Assembly (NCBI GenBank): GCA_038844785.1
Contig: JAWBRA010000045.1
Span: forward strand, 1-10,128
Direction of reading: 5' to 3'
Length of the DNA: 10,128 nucleotides
From: Candidatus Caldarchaeum sp.
Lineage (GTDB): Archaea > Thermoproteota > Nitrososphaeria_A > Caldarchaeales > Caldarchaeaceae
A program made the translations under genes and the position numbers. Position 1 is the stretch's first letter; every line of letters starts with the position of its first letter. The notes under the pieces are model-generated. The model saw only the letters and a program-made list of their open reading frames with translations, searched no databases and had not been told where the DNA came from. Below, piece after piece: positions 1 to 7,107 of the stretch.

Positions 1-1663
1 CTGGGTTGAAGTGGTAGCTGGCGTTGAGGCTTCCCCTCCGACCCCAGTCGGTTCCGTTGGGGAAGCGGGCGAACTTTCTGTACTGCGAGAGGTATCCTGG
101 CCATTTGTGGGGGTCGTCGGTGCATCCGCCGCTGTCTGTGTCGAGGATGTTGTGGCTGAGGTAGTAGGGTGTGGACGGCCTTGTCTTGAAGTTGAGCGTC
201 ACCTCGGCTCCAACCATCTTATCGCCTACTTCTGGATGCTGGATGTTGAGGTCGGCGTCCTGGACGCAGAACCTTGCGTAAAACACCGTGTTGTTGTTGA
301 AGTTGGCTACAGCCGTTATGTTTTGGGTGATGCGTTCGTCAACCCAAACTCCATAGCTAACGCCAAGGGTTGTCCCCGCCGTGACCGTATGGTTTAGAAC
401 TACGCTGAACGGCCCTGCAGGAACGCCTGTGATACCTCCCTGAGTTCTTGTCGGGTTCGTCGCCGGACTCGCTGGGAAAGCTCCGAACAGCGGACGCGTT
501 TTGCCCGTGCCAGCAAAGTCCTGAGCCCAATAATCGTCAGCAGGAAGGTTTGCCGTTGTGTTGTATTCTCTGCCTATGTAGAAGGTTTGGTTCGTCAACA
601 CGGTCTCCCACCAAACCCTCTTGGTCGCGTTGAGATGGGGCGCTCCCACCGCTATCGAACCGCCTGGTTCACCTATTCCACCGTGGAACGCCGTCCTGTT
701 CGCGAGGTTCAACGTCTGCAAAGGTATGGGCACAAGCCTGTTGTCAGCAAACCTGCCTGGCACGCTGTCGAACTCACCTTTACCCTCTTTAGCCGGATAA
801 ATCTCCCTTGTATATCTTGACTGGCCGTCATTACCCGTGATGGCCGCCTGAATCAACGATTGGGTAGAGGTGGCTAGAGTATGGTCTACGTCATAGATGA
901 AGATTGTGGCGTAGGTCAAGTTGTCTTTGACGGAGTACCACGTATGCTCGTGGAAGACTTTGAAGATGTAAGCAGCTCGTGCAACCCAAGCGTTCGCGGG
1001 AGTGCTGAAGTTCCCCGCAAACCAAGCCGGGTCCATCCCCCTCGGGCTGGCATGGTCGAGAAAGTCAACAGGACCGCTGCTCAAGCCTGCCCTACCCCTG
1101 TCATTCTGAATCCGCCAACCGGGCAAATCATTGTCAGGCCACTGGTCAACAATACCGTCGTCGTTCACCGTGGCGTTAGCACCATAGGGCAGACCGCCGT
1201 ACTGTCTAGTACCCGTTATCCTCTGTTTGAACGGCTCGGTTGAGTTAACCGTCAGCCAGTAGACGATAATGCCGTCGTAAAGACCTCCCGCACCGGTACA
1301 CTCACCCTGATATGTCTTAGCCTTCACAATCACGGTAACGTTCTGCCAGCTCGTAGGCCAGGAAATCTGGATGAAACCTGTGGCGTTGGGGCTTCCCGCG
1401 AACAGTATAGGGTCTGAGGCGTTCCCCTGACTTTTGAGATGGGCTACGTAAACGCACACATTCGTAACGTTATACCTCTCGGCGAAAGTGGTTCCAGCAG
1501 GTATTGCGAGGTAGGTAGTATCTCCCTTCCATGCGCTGGTCACTATTTTCAGCCAAGCGGTGTATGTTGGCTGAGCCTGCGTCGTCAGAACAGCTGCTCC
1601 AAGAAAAGCCGTCGGCAAAGCCAGCAGCAAAGCTAGCAAAACTACATGACTTTTTCCAATCAT
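1..1663 (-). CDS. Large secreted glycoprotein, S-layer-like (5' part; continues beyond the left edge)
   Basis: Hand translation from ATG at 1663 is open to the window edge (554 codons): MIGKSHVVLLALLLALPTAFLGAAVLTTQA|QPTYTAWLKIVTSAW...GSLNASYHFNP. It has a Sec signal peptide, about 17 N-x-S/T sequons and is rich in T/G/aromatic residues. Probably absent from the ORF track because there is no stop in the window. Confidence 0.9.
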   Translation of the reverse strand, partial: MIGKSHVVLLALLLALPTAFLGAAVLTTQAQPTYTAWLKIVTSAWKGDTTYLAIPAGTTFAERYNVTNVCVYVAHLKSQGNASDPILFAGSPNATGFIQISWPTSWQNVTVIVKAKTYQGECTGAGGLYDGIIVYWLTVNSTEPFKQRITGTRQYGGLPYGANATVNDDGIVDQWPDNDLPGWRIQNDRGRAGLSSGPVDFLDHASPRGMDPAWFAGNFSTPANAWVARAAYIFKVFHEHTWYSVKDNLTYATIFIYDVDHTLATSTQSLIQAAITGNDGQSRYTREIYPAKEGKGEFDSVPGRFADNRLVPIPLQTLNLANRTAFHGGIGEPGGSIAVGAPHLNATKRVWWETVLTNQTFYIGREYNTTANLPADDYWAQDFAGTGKTRPLFGAFPASPATNPTRTQGGITGVPAGPFSVVLNHTVTAGTTLGVSYGVWVDERITQNITAVANFNNNTVFYARFCVQDADLNIQHPEVGDKMVGAEVTLNFKTRPSTPYYLSHNILDTDSGGCTDDPHKWPGYLSQYRKFARFPNGTDWGRRGSLNASYHFNP

Positions 1664-1685
1664 CGCCCAACCAGCCAACCAGCCC

Positions 1686-1693
1686 ATATATAA
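1686..1693 (-). promoter_or_regulatory. TATA box (TTATATAT) of the glycoprotein gene; likely leaderless mRNA
   Basis: Centred about 26-27 bp upstream of the ATG at 1663, the canonical archaeal spacing. Confidence 0.7.
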
Positions 1694-2030
1694 CCCATAA
1701 CAGTCTAGAACAGTTCCACAATCCTGTAAGAAACATTCAGGTGAGGACAAGGGAAATTCCAGCGTAAAACCAAAAATTTAAAAACAGTCTCAAAACACGT
1801 GAGAAAAAGCCGTAGAAGCCAGAAAAACCAGCATTCTAAAAACTAGAACGATTAGAAAACCATAAAACAGCCAGCCAACAAAGCACACCCTCAAAGCGGC
1901 GGGAACAAAAGCGGCCATAAACTTTCAGAAAACCACCAACCAAGCTGCAGACATGCCAGATTAACCAGGCAACACCACCCTCCCGCCGCTCCTAACGTTC
2001 AACGCCGCGACATTTACAGCCCAAAACAGA

Positions 2031-2565
2031 CTATGAATCCGCCGGGCCGCCAGCGCCAACGCCAGGGCGAGAACAGCAACCATGCCCAAACCCACAAAGA
2101 GATGGGGGCCGACTCCGCCCCAGACCCTCTCTCACAACAGTCCAAGTCAGCACGCTACCGCTAACCACGGAATAGGAAATTAACGTAACTGTAACATCCT
2201 GACCGCCGCCCGTGGTGGTTGTCAACGTCGTAATGAGCGTGGTCGTGGAAAACACTTTGCTCACTATGGTTTTTCCGTCACTAACTAGGTGTCCCAAGGT
2301 AGTGCATGACAGCCGCTACGAACGATGGGTTGTTGGGCCTCACCGCTATGCTAGGCTCGTTTTCGTGGTAAGTATCGCTGACACCCACTGGCTGGCTGGA
2401 CAGCAGGTCTACATCCAGCTGCTGGGTAGCAGGAATTGTTATAGTCTTGCCGCCGATGCTGAGGGTGGTAATACCCTTCATCGCCTGAATCGTCAGCAAC
2501 GCGTCGCCGTTAAGCTTGTTCAAGATGCTGTCCACCGGAAAACCTCTAGACGAGATAAGACTCAT
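2031..2565 (-). pseudogene. Internally deleted, frameshifted membrane-anchored surface protein (sialidase/BNR-propeller-like start, Thr-rich stalk, TM anchor)
   Basis: 2281-2565 encodes ENEPSIAVRPNNPSFVAAV, which resembles the first blade of BNR/sialidase-like proteins, then stops. Another frame gives STTTLITTLTTTTGGG. A further shift near the C4 run at 2118-2121 gives LFVGLGMVAVLALALALAARR (2039-2101). Confidence 0.65.
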
Positions 2566-2674
2566 ACCACTCTATGCGCCACCGTAACCGTCAAGACGAG
2601 CTTACGGACATCAATACAACAAAGACAGTCGAAGGCTGAAACGTCAACTACTGCGGTTAAGCTTCACCAGCTGT

Positions 2675-3109
2675 TCACTGTGTTTCATCAAGCCTTTTCT
2701 CTATCTCAGCCAGCTTCGTCTCCAGAACAGCCACTCTGGAAGCATACTGGACCTCCGACCTTAACGACGAAATCTCCGACGTTAGACGTTTATCAAGCTC
2801 GGAAATCTGAGAAGACAAACGCTTGTCGAGCTCAGAAATCTGGGAAGACAATCGTTTGTCAAGCTCGGAGACCTGGGAAGATAAACGCTTGTCAAGCTCG
2901 GAGATCTGGAAGGACAAACGCCTGTCAAGCTCGGAGATCTGAGAAAACAGACGTTTATCGAACTCGGCAACCATGGATGTTATACGTTTCTCCATCTCCT
3001 CCATCTTTATCGTGAACGGCTGTAAAGCGGTTGAAAGCTCCTCCCTGACTATCTCCCTTAGCTCGGGAGCCGTAAGCCTCTTGATAATTTCCCTGCCGGC
3101 CTTGGCCAA
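2675..3109 (-). CDS. Coiled-coil protein with 11-aa (hendecad) tandem repeats, DUF1640/Bdr-like architecture
   Basis: 144-aa ORF with TTG start and six xSELDKRLSSQ-type units. TATA-like TTTATTA upstream; paralog at 5883-6066. Confidence 0.85.
   Translation of the reverse strand: MAKAGREIIKRLTAPELREIVREELSTALQPFTIKMEEMEKRITSMVAEFDKRLFSQISELDRRLSFQISELDKRLSSQVSELDKRLSSQISELDKRLSSQISELDKRLTSEISSLRSEVQYASRVAVLETKLAEIEKRLDETQ
2774..2971 (-). repeat. 6 x 33-bp in-frame tandem repeat
   Basis: Units VAEFDKRLFSQ, ISELDRRLSFQ, ISELDKRLSSQ, VSELDKRLSSQ, ISELDKRLSSQ, ISELDKRLTSE. Confidence 0.95.
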
Positions 3110-3136
3110 CCCGCCTACTTCACCTTCACACGACGG

Positions 3137-3149
3137 TAATAAAGGTTTT
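3137..3149 (-). promoter_or_regulatory. BRE/TATA for the 11-aa-repeat gene
   Basis: Minus strand reads AAAACC-TTTATTA, ending about 28 bp before the TTG at 3109. Confidence 0.55.
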
Positions 3150-3202
3150 AGGCTTTCGCAACGAGGGCGGGCGATCTACTTCTTCAGCTGAACATGACAA
3201 GA

Positions 3203-3209
3203 TTTAATA
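3203..3209 (+). promoter_or_regulatory. TATA box (TTTAATA) of the nuclease gene; also at 7368-7374
   Basis: Purine-rich BRE-like ACAAG lies upstream. Spacing favours TTG at 3240 over ATG at 3219 as the true start. Confidence 0.55.
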
Positions 3210-3218
3210 GGCCTACCC

Positions 3219-4340
3219 ATGAAGAGTCTTGGGAAAGCCTTGGCCGTCCGTATCAAGAGGACTATCTTCAGGCTGCTGAAGGAGGATGAGGAGTTCAGGT
3301 ATGCTGTGGCTGGTCTCCTCGGCTTGGAGGAGATACTTAAACGCCTCGACAGACATGAGGCGGAGCTCGTCAAGCTTAGGGAAGACATGCTACAAGGTTT
3401 CAGAAGACATGACGAGGAACTGGCGAGCCTAAGGGAGGAGACCAACAGACTGAGGGAGGATATGATAGCAGGTTTCAGAAGACATGACGAAGAGCTGGCT
3501 AAACTGAGGGAGGAGACCAACAAGCTGAGGGAAGACATGATCCTTGGGTTCAGAAGACATGATGAGGAACTGGCTAGACTGAGGGAAGACATGACCGCTG
3601 GGTTTATGAGACATGATGAGGAGCTGGTTGCTTTAAGGCAAGAAACCAACAGGCTCAGGGAGGACATGATAGCCGGGTTCAAGAGACACGATGAGGAGAT
3701 GGCGAAGCTTAGGGAGGATATGATGCTCGGGTTCAGGAGACATGATGAAGAGATGGCAAAGCTGAGAGAAGACATGATCGCCGGGTTTAAGAGACACGAC
3801 GAGGAGATGGCAAAGCTGAGAGAAGACATGATCGCCGGATTCAAGAGGTACGATGAGGAGATAGCTAAACTGAGAGAAGACATGATGATTGGGTTCAAGA
3901 GGCATGATGAAGAGTTCGTAAGGTTGAGGCAGGATATGGCTAGGGGTTTTGAGCTGGTGAACCGTCATCTTGACGCGTTGGGTGCTAGGTGGGGTATTAT
4001 GGCTGAGTCTGCTTTCAGAGAGGGGTTGAGGGGGATTCTCGAAAAGGAGCTGGGGCTGGTTGTGGAGAGGTGGACGGCCTATGACGAGGATGGCTATGTG
4101 TACGGGTATCCCAGCGCGGTGGACGTAGACGTGGCTGTGAAGGATGGTAAGACCATTCTGGTGGAGGTCAAGTCTCACGTGAGACGCTCCGATGTCAACG
4201 AGTTCAGGAGGAAGGTGGAGTTTTACGGCTTGAAGACGGGTAAGCCTGTTGACCGTAAGGTGATGGTCACGCCTTATGTGGAGGAGGGGGCGTTAGAGGC
4301 TGCGAAGCAGCTGGAGATAGAGGTGTATACAAGGGTTTAG
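3219..4340 (+). CDS. PD-(D/E)XK endonuclease with long coiled-coil repeat stalk (COG5493 / DUF3782-DUF1626-like), long allele
   Basis: N-terminal LLKEDEEFRYAVAGLLG, LGARWGIMAESAFREG linker and catalytic VDVDVAVKDGKTILVEVKS (D...ExK) are typical of this archaeal family. The start may be TTG 3240. Confidence 0.9.
   Translation: MKSLGKALAVRIKRTIFRLLKEDEEFRYAVAGLLGLEEILKRLDRHEAELVKLREDMLQGFRRHDEELASLREETNRLREDMIAGFRRHDEELAKLREETNKLREDMILGFRRHDEELARLREDMTAGFMRHDEELVALRQETNRLREDMIAGFKRHDEEMAKLREDMMLGFRRHDEEMAKLREDMIAGFKRHDEEMAKLREDMIAGFKRYDEEIAKLREDMMIGFKRHDEEFVRLRQDMARGFELVNRHLDALGARWGIMAESAFREGLRGILEKELGLVVERWTAYDEDGYVYGYPSAVDVDVAVKDGKTILVEVKSHVRRSDVNEFRRKVEFYGLKTGKPVDRKVMVTPYVEEGALEAAKQLEIEVYTRV
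3351..3953 (+). repeat. 10 in-frame modules of 54 or 75 bp (18 or 25 aa)
   Basis: RHDEE-x-xxLRE(ETNRLRE)DMxxGFx units in order 18,25,25,18,25,18,18,18,18,18 aa. Confidence 0.95.
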
Positions 4341-4377
4341 AAAACTGGTTCAACAGCCTTGAGTAGTGAAGTTTGCT

Positions 4378-5127
4378 GTGAGGTTAACTATCCAGGCGGG
4401 GTTGTAAGGCTGACTCGAAGGAAATGGGCGCTTCTGGAAAGGGGGGTGCTTTAACCTTCAAGAGGTTTCTTAAGGGGGACAGAACTGCCCCGTTGTGTTT
4501 GGCGAATAAGCAGCAAGCTCTTAGAGTTAAGCTTAAAGGGTATCCGCTTGGCTTGATCAACCTTAGTGGGGCTAAGGCTTTCTGGTTTTTGAAGGTTCCA
4601 GTCAAGCCTCACAGGGAGTTTCCAGATGGGAAACTATGCGAAAGCAAGATAGTTAACAGAGAAGACCGCTACATCGCCATGTAACCTTCGAGTTTTCAGC
4701 CCCGCCCATGCGAGAATGCTCCTCTATACTTGCCGTGGATTTGGGTGAGCGTTTCGCCGCTACTGCGGTGCTTTGGCGGAATGGAAACGTTATAAAGGCC
4801 CAGTTCTACGGTAGGGAAATTAGTGAAGGCGTCATTACGCATGGCTCCGTAGAAGGCTTCAAAAGAGAGGTCTAACCCAGGAACAGAATAGCCAGCAACA
4901 TGCAATACCACCGCCTAAAGAAGACAATGAATACAAGGCTATGCTTGCATGTATACCTGTAATGACTGCAAGCGAAGCCTACACGAGCCGAACATGCCAC
5001 GTCTGCGGATAGGGGAAAACGCAAAACACAAGGACTGTTCCTCTGCCCCTGCTGTGGAGAATACACCGCCGACCTAAACGGAGCCGTCAACATCGCTAAA
5101 AAATTTGAGAGGTGGATGAGCGTATAG
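4378..5127 (+). pseudogene. tnpB: TnpB RNA-guided nuclease pseudogene
   Basis: Fragments across frames: MRLTIQAG/VVRLTRRKWALLER; RuvC-I ILAVDLGERFAATAV (D at 4738); RHYAWLRRRL; EYKA..IPV...EAYTSRTCHVCG; CPCCG; RuvC-III ADLNGAVNIA. Several frameshifts, an internal TAG at 5010, and the RuvC-II region appears deleted. Confidence 0.9.
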
Positions 5128-5196
5128 CTCATCCACGGGGCTGCCTGTGAACCAGCCTACACCGGAAGCCACACCCGCAAGGATGGGGTAGTTCAC
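4378..5196 (+). mobile_element. Decayed IS200/IS605-family (IS1341-type, tnpB-only) element; right end present, left end not recognised
   Basis: tnpB remnant followed by GAAGCC-hairpin(GCAA loop)-TAGTTCAC, the usual right-end layout, ending at 5196. Confidence 0.85.
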
Positions 5197-5216
5197 ATCC
5201 TCTAGTGGGTTTTCTC
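5105..5216 (+). ncRNA. Putative omegaRNA/reRNA 3' scaffold plus flank-derived guide (5' boundary unknown)
   Basis: Overlaps the tnpB 3' end. Perfect 10-bp hairpin 5112-5136, GGCTG/CAGCC stem 5139-5157, right-end hairpin 5169-5188, TTCAC end. The guide would be 5197-about 5216. Confidence 0.55.
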
Positions 5217-5460
5217 TCTTTTCTCCTGTCCCCCAACATGGGATGTTTATCGCTGCGAGAAGGTTCTCCATCACGTCTACCTCGTCTTCTGGCCTTTGCC
5301 GTCTCCTGCTCTGGTTCTCGGCGCCCTTTGCAATGGTTAAGTTTTTTGACGCTGTCAGTCTTTCGATTGTCTTCTTACGGGCGGTAGCCAGCTCATCCAG
5401 CCGGTGTTTCGGCATTTGTTGTTTTGTGTATCGGTGTAGGGTGTTGGTGTGGTTGTTTGG
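5202..5460 (-). pseudogene. Probable out-of-frame C-terminal continuation of the winged-helix gene
   Basis: The frame carrying PNNHTNTLHRYTKQQMPKHRLDELATARKKTIERL is open back to the A5 run at 5461-5465 and has the same A/C-rich codon style. Confidence 0.4.
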
Positions 5461-5831
5461 TTTTTGAGCTGTTTTAATGTGTGTTCGAGGTTTAGTTGGT
5501 GTTGCCGGGTCTCGTTTAGTGCTTTTTCCACTATGCTGTATGTTATTTTGTCGAGTGTGTTGAAGGCTAGTTCTGTTGGTGTGTATACCTGTGTTCCGGG
5601 ATGTTGTTGTAGGAGTCCTTTGTCTGCCAGCTGGTTTAGCCAGTGTTTTACGTCGCTGGACCAGAGGCTGTTTAGCCCTAGCTTGTATGATACTGTGTGG
5701 GGTGTCGCTCCTCCATACTCTACGTACGATTCTAGAGCCGCCAGGTAGACGGCCAGCTTGTAGTAGGTTCCTCTTTTAGATGGTGTGAGCAGCCAGGAGA
5801 GGGTTTCCACGATGAGGGGGTTCCAGCTCAT
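5355..5831 (-). CDS. Winged helix-turn-helix protein of unknown function (possibly frameshifted)
   Basis: TPHTVSYKLG...DVKHWLNQLADKGLLQ...VYTPTELA fits the helix-turn-helix-wing pattern. It has its own TATA box. Confidence 0.7.
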   Translation of the reverse strand: MSWNPLIVETLSWLLTPSKRGTYYKLAVYLAALESYVEYGGATPHTVSYKLGLNSLWSSDVKHWLNQLADKGLLQQHPGTQVYTPTELAFNTLDKITYSIVEKALNETRQHQLNLEHTLKQLKNQTTTPTPYTDTQNNKCRNTGWMSWLPPVRRQSKD

Positions 5832-5857
5832 TTCACCGCTGTAGTGATGCGTCGCCG

Positions 5858-5864
5858 TATATAA
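5858..5864 (-). promoter_or_regulatory. TATA box (TTATATA) of the wHTH gene
   Basis: Ends about 27 bp upstream of ATG 5831. Confidence 0.65.
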
Positions 5865-5882
5865 GTGGGCTTGGCCTGCTGT

Positions 5883-6066
5883 TCACTGTGTTCGAGTCCT
5901 TTTTTCTATTTCAGCAAGCTTCGTCTCCGGAACAGCCACTCTCGAAGCATACTGGACCTCCGACCTTAGCGACGCGATCTACGACGTTAAACGTTTGTCG
6001 AGCTCGGCAAACATCGATGTTATACGTTTTCATGAACAGATGTAAAGCTGTTGAAAGTTCTTCCCG
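5883..6066 (-). pseudogene. Decayed paralog of the 2675-3109 coiled-coil gene, with one repeat unit
   Basis: REELSTALHLF/KRITSMFAELDKRLTS*IASLRSEVQYASRVAVPETKLAEIEKR. 5906-6007 aligns to 2701-2802 with about 11 mismatches. It has a frameshifting deletion and a GAG>TAG change, and its 5' end is cut at the IS6 end. Confidence 0.9.
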
Positions 6067-6357
6067 GTACTGAAGCCGTTCCCGGTCGGCCATGCACGTC
6101 TTCGACTAGCTGGTCGAGTTCTTCTCCAGGCTCTTCAGGTTCCATAACTACCTCCCTTCTGAGAAGGCGTACGCCGCCATGCTTTTCATATCAGGCCTCA
6201 GCCTCAGGGATTTTAGCGAGAGCTATGCATCTAGGGAGAGTGTCAGGAGGCGGCCCCATAGGCTCAGCCCCCATGCTCAGGCCTGAGCAAAAGCGTAGGA
6301 GTCTTATAGCTGTCTATACATCCAGAGGAAGGTCTATCCTCAATTATTGACAGTATC
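6066..6357 (+). mobile_element. Internally deleted IS6-family remnant
   Basis: From ATG 6092: MHVFD*LVEFFSRLFRF...EKAYAAMLFISGLSLRDFSESYASRESVRRRPHRL, then RPEQKRRSLIAV joined to YTSRGRSILN, as in archaeal IS6 transposases with the DET segment removed. Ends GGTACTG (6066) and CAGTATC (6357) are imperfect IS6-like inverted repeats. Confidence 0.75.
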
Positions 6358-6395
6358 CAACGGTGAAAAGGAAAGGTTTAACACCCTTTACTGGT

Positions 6396-6821
6396 TTAGC
6401 TGAATCTTCTTTTTAATGGAGTTTTGTCGAAGTCTTCGTCGTTGGATATTATTTCTTTAGCCTTATTTCTCAATGCGGTAGCTAGGTGTACCGCGTCCTC
6501 GTAGTCAAGACTGTACTCGTTCATGAGTTTGGCTGCCTGCGTTATGTCTTCCATTGTCAGAGGAATTATTCTTAAGCCGGATAGGCTGTTTATTGAGTTT
6601 ACCAGCTTTTCTATCAGTTCCTGGTCTTTTAGGTTTCTTCCTGTTAAGCCAGCTATTATCACCATTGTTTGGTATAGCGTCAGAGCTGATGTTATGTATT
6701 TTCCCCGCCGGGCTCCTTCGATTTTCTTTATCCACTCGTAGGATGCTCTGCCGAAGGCGGGGTGGCCGCCAAGCCAGTACACGAAGATGTTTATGTCTAT
6801 GTAGGCTTCTGGATCCACCAT
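6396..6821 (-). CDS. vapC: VapC PIN-domain ribonuclease toxin
   Basis: YIDINIFVY, DYEDAVHLATA and IISNDEDFD PIN motifs; overlaps the upstream AbrB gene. Confidence 0.95.
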   Translation of the reverse strand: MVDPEAYIDINIFVYWLGGHPAFGRASYEWIKKIEGARRGKYITSALTLYQTMVIIAGLTGRNLKDQELIEKLVNSINSLSGLRIIPLTMEDITQAAKLMNEYSLDYEDAVHLATALRNKAKEIISNDEDFDKTPLKRRFS

Positions 6822-7048
6822 TTTCTGGCAACCTCGGTTACGAATTCGTCGAGGTCTTCAGGCCATTTCATTATTTTGAAGGCTCCAAAATATTTGTCGG
6901 CCGTAGGCTCGAGAGGTTCTATCACAATGCCCTTCTCGTCCGCCTTTATTTTGACGTAGCTTCCCTTCCTTACTCCAGCTTTTTCCCTTATGTTTTTAGG
7001 AATGATAATCCTGCCTTTTTCATCGATTTTCACTGTTTCCAAGTTCAT
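6797..7048 (-). CDS. vapB: AbrB/MazE/SpoVT-type antitoxin (VapB)
   Basis: VKIDEKGRIIIPKNIREKAGVRKGSYV swapped-hairpin signature; directly upstream of vapC. Confidence 0.93.
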   Translation of the reverse strand: MNLETVKIDEKGRIIIPKNIREKAGVRKGSYVKIKADEKGIVIEPLEPTADKYFGAFKIMKWPEDLDEFVTEVARKWWIQKPT

Positions 7049-7063
7049 CCTACGAATAATCTA

Positions 7064-7107
7064 ATCCCACACATTTAAGCTTTCCCACATATATTTAGGA
7101 TGGGAAA
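7064..7107 (-). promoter_or_regulatory. vapBC promoter with probable autoregulatory operator
   Basis: Minus-strand GGGAAAG-CTTAAAT lies about 25 bp before ATG 7048. Inverted repeat TTTCCCA-N13-TGGGAAA at 7081-7107, plus an extra TCCCACA at 7065-7071. Confidence 0.65.

Larger units (their letters stand above)
3170..4358 (+). repeat. Copy 1 of the duplicated nuclease cassette (direct repeat with 7335-8124)
   Basis: 3170-3499 matches 7335-7664. 3925-4358 matches 7691-8124 except for two synonymous changes (3995/7761, 4004/7770). Confidence 0.95.

Noticed and set aside
11-1767. Short ORFs 11-397, 448-633, 587-820, 881-1243, 1439-1636, 1531-1767 (+) and 1470-1736 (-)
   Set aside because: Antisense or out-of-frame shadows of the long minus-strand glycoprotein gene.
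2212-3015. 267-aa plus-strand ORF with CQARRS repeats
   Set aside because: Antisense to the 33-bp repeat gene and the pseudogene; its periodicity only mirrors the repeat.
2774-3953. Tandem repeats as a CRISPR array
   Set aside because: The units are contiguous, in frame and vary at synonymous sites; there are no unique spacers and no cas genes.
3176-4178. Minus-strand Ser/Leu-rich and His-rich ORFs (also 7341-7610 and 7669-7944)
   Set aside because: Antisense shadows of the Glu/Arg-rich nuclease genes.
3170-4358. GGC...GCC as terminal inverted repeats of the cassette
   Set aside because: Only 3 bp; not significant.
4384-5132. ORF-track entries 4384-4605, 4424-4684, 4696-4911 and 4872-5132 as independent genes
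   Set aside because: Fragments or antisense shadows of the tnpB pseudogene.
6505-7078. Alternative ORFs over vapBC, and those over HEPN-MNT and 9331-10109
   Set aside because: They overlap well-supported genes and show no motifs.
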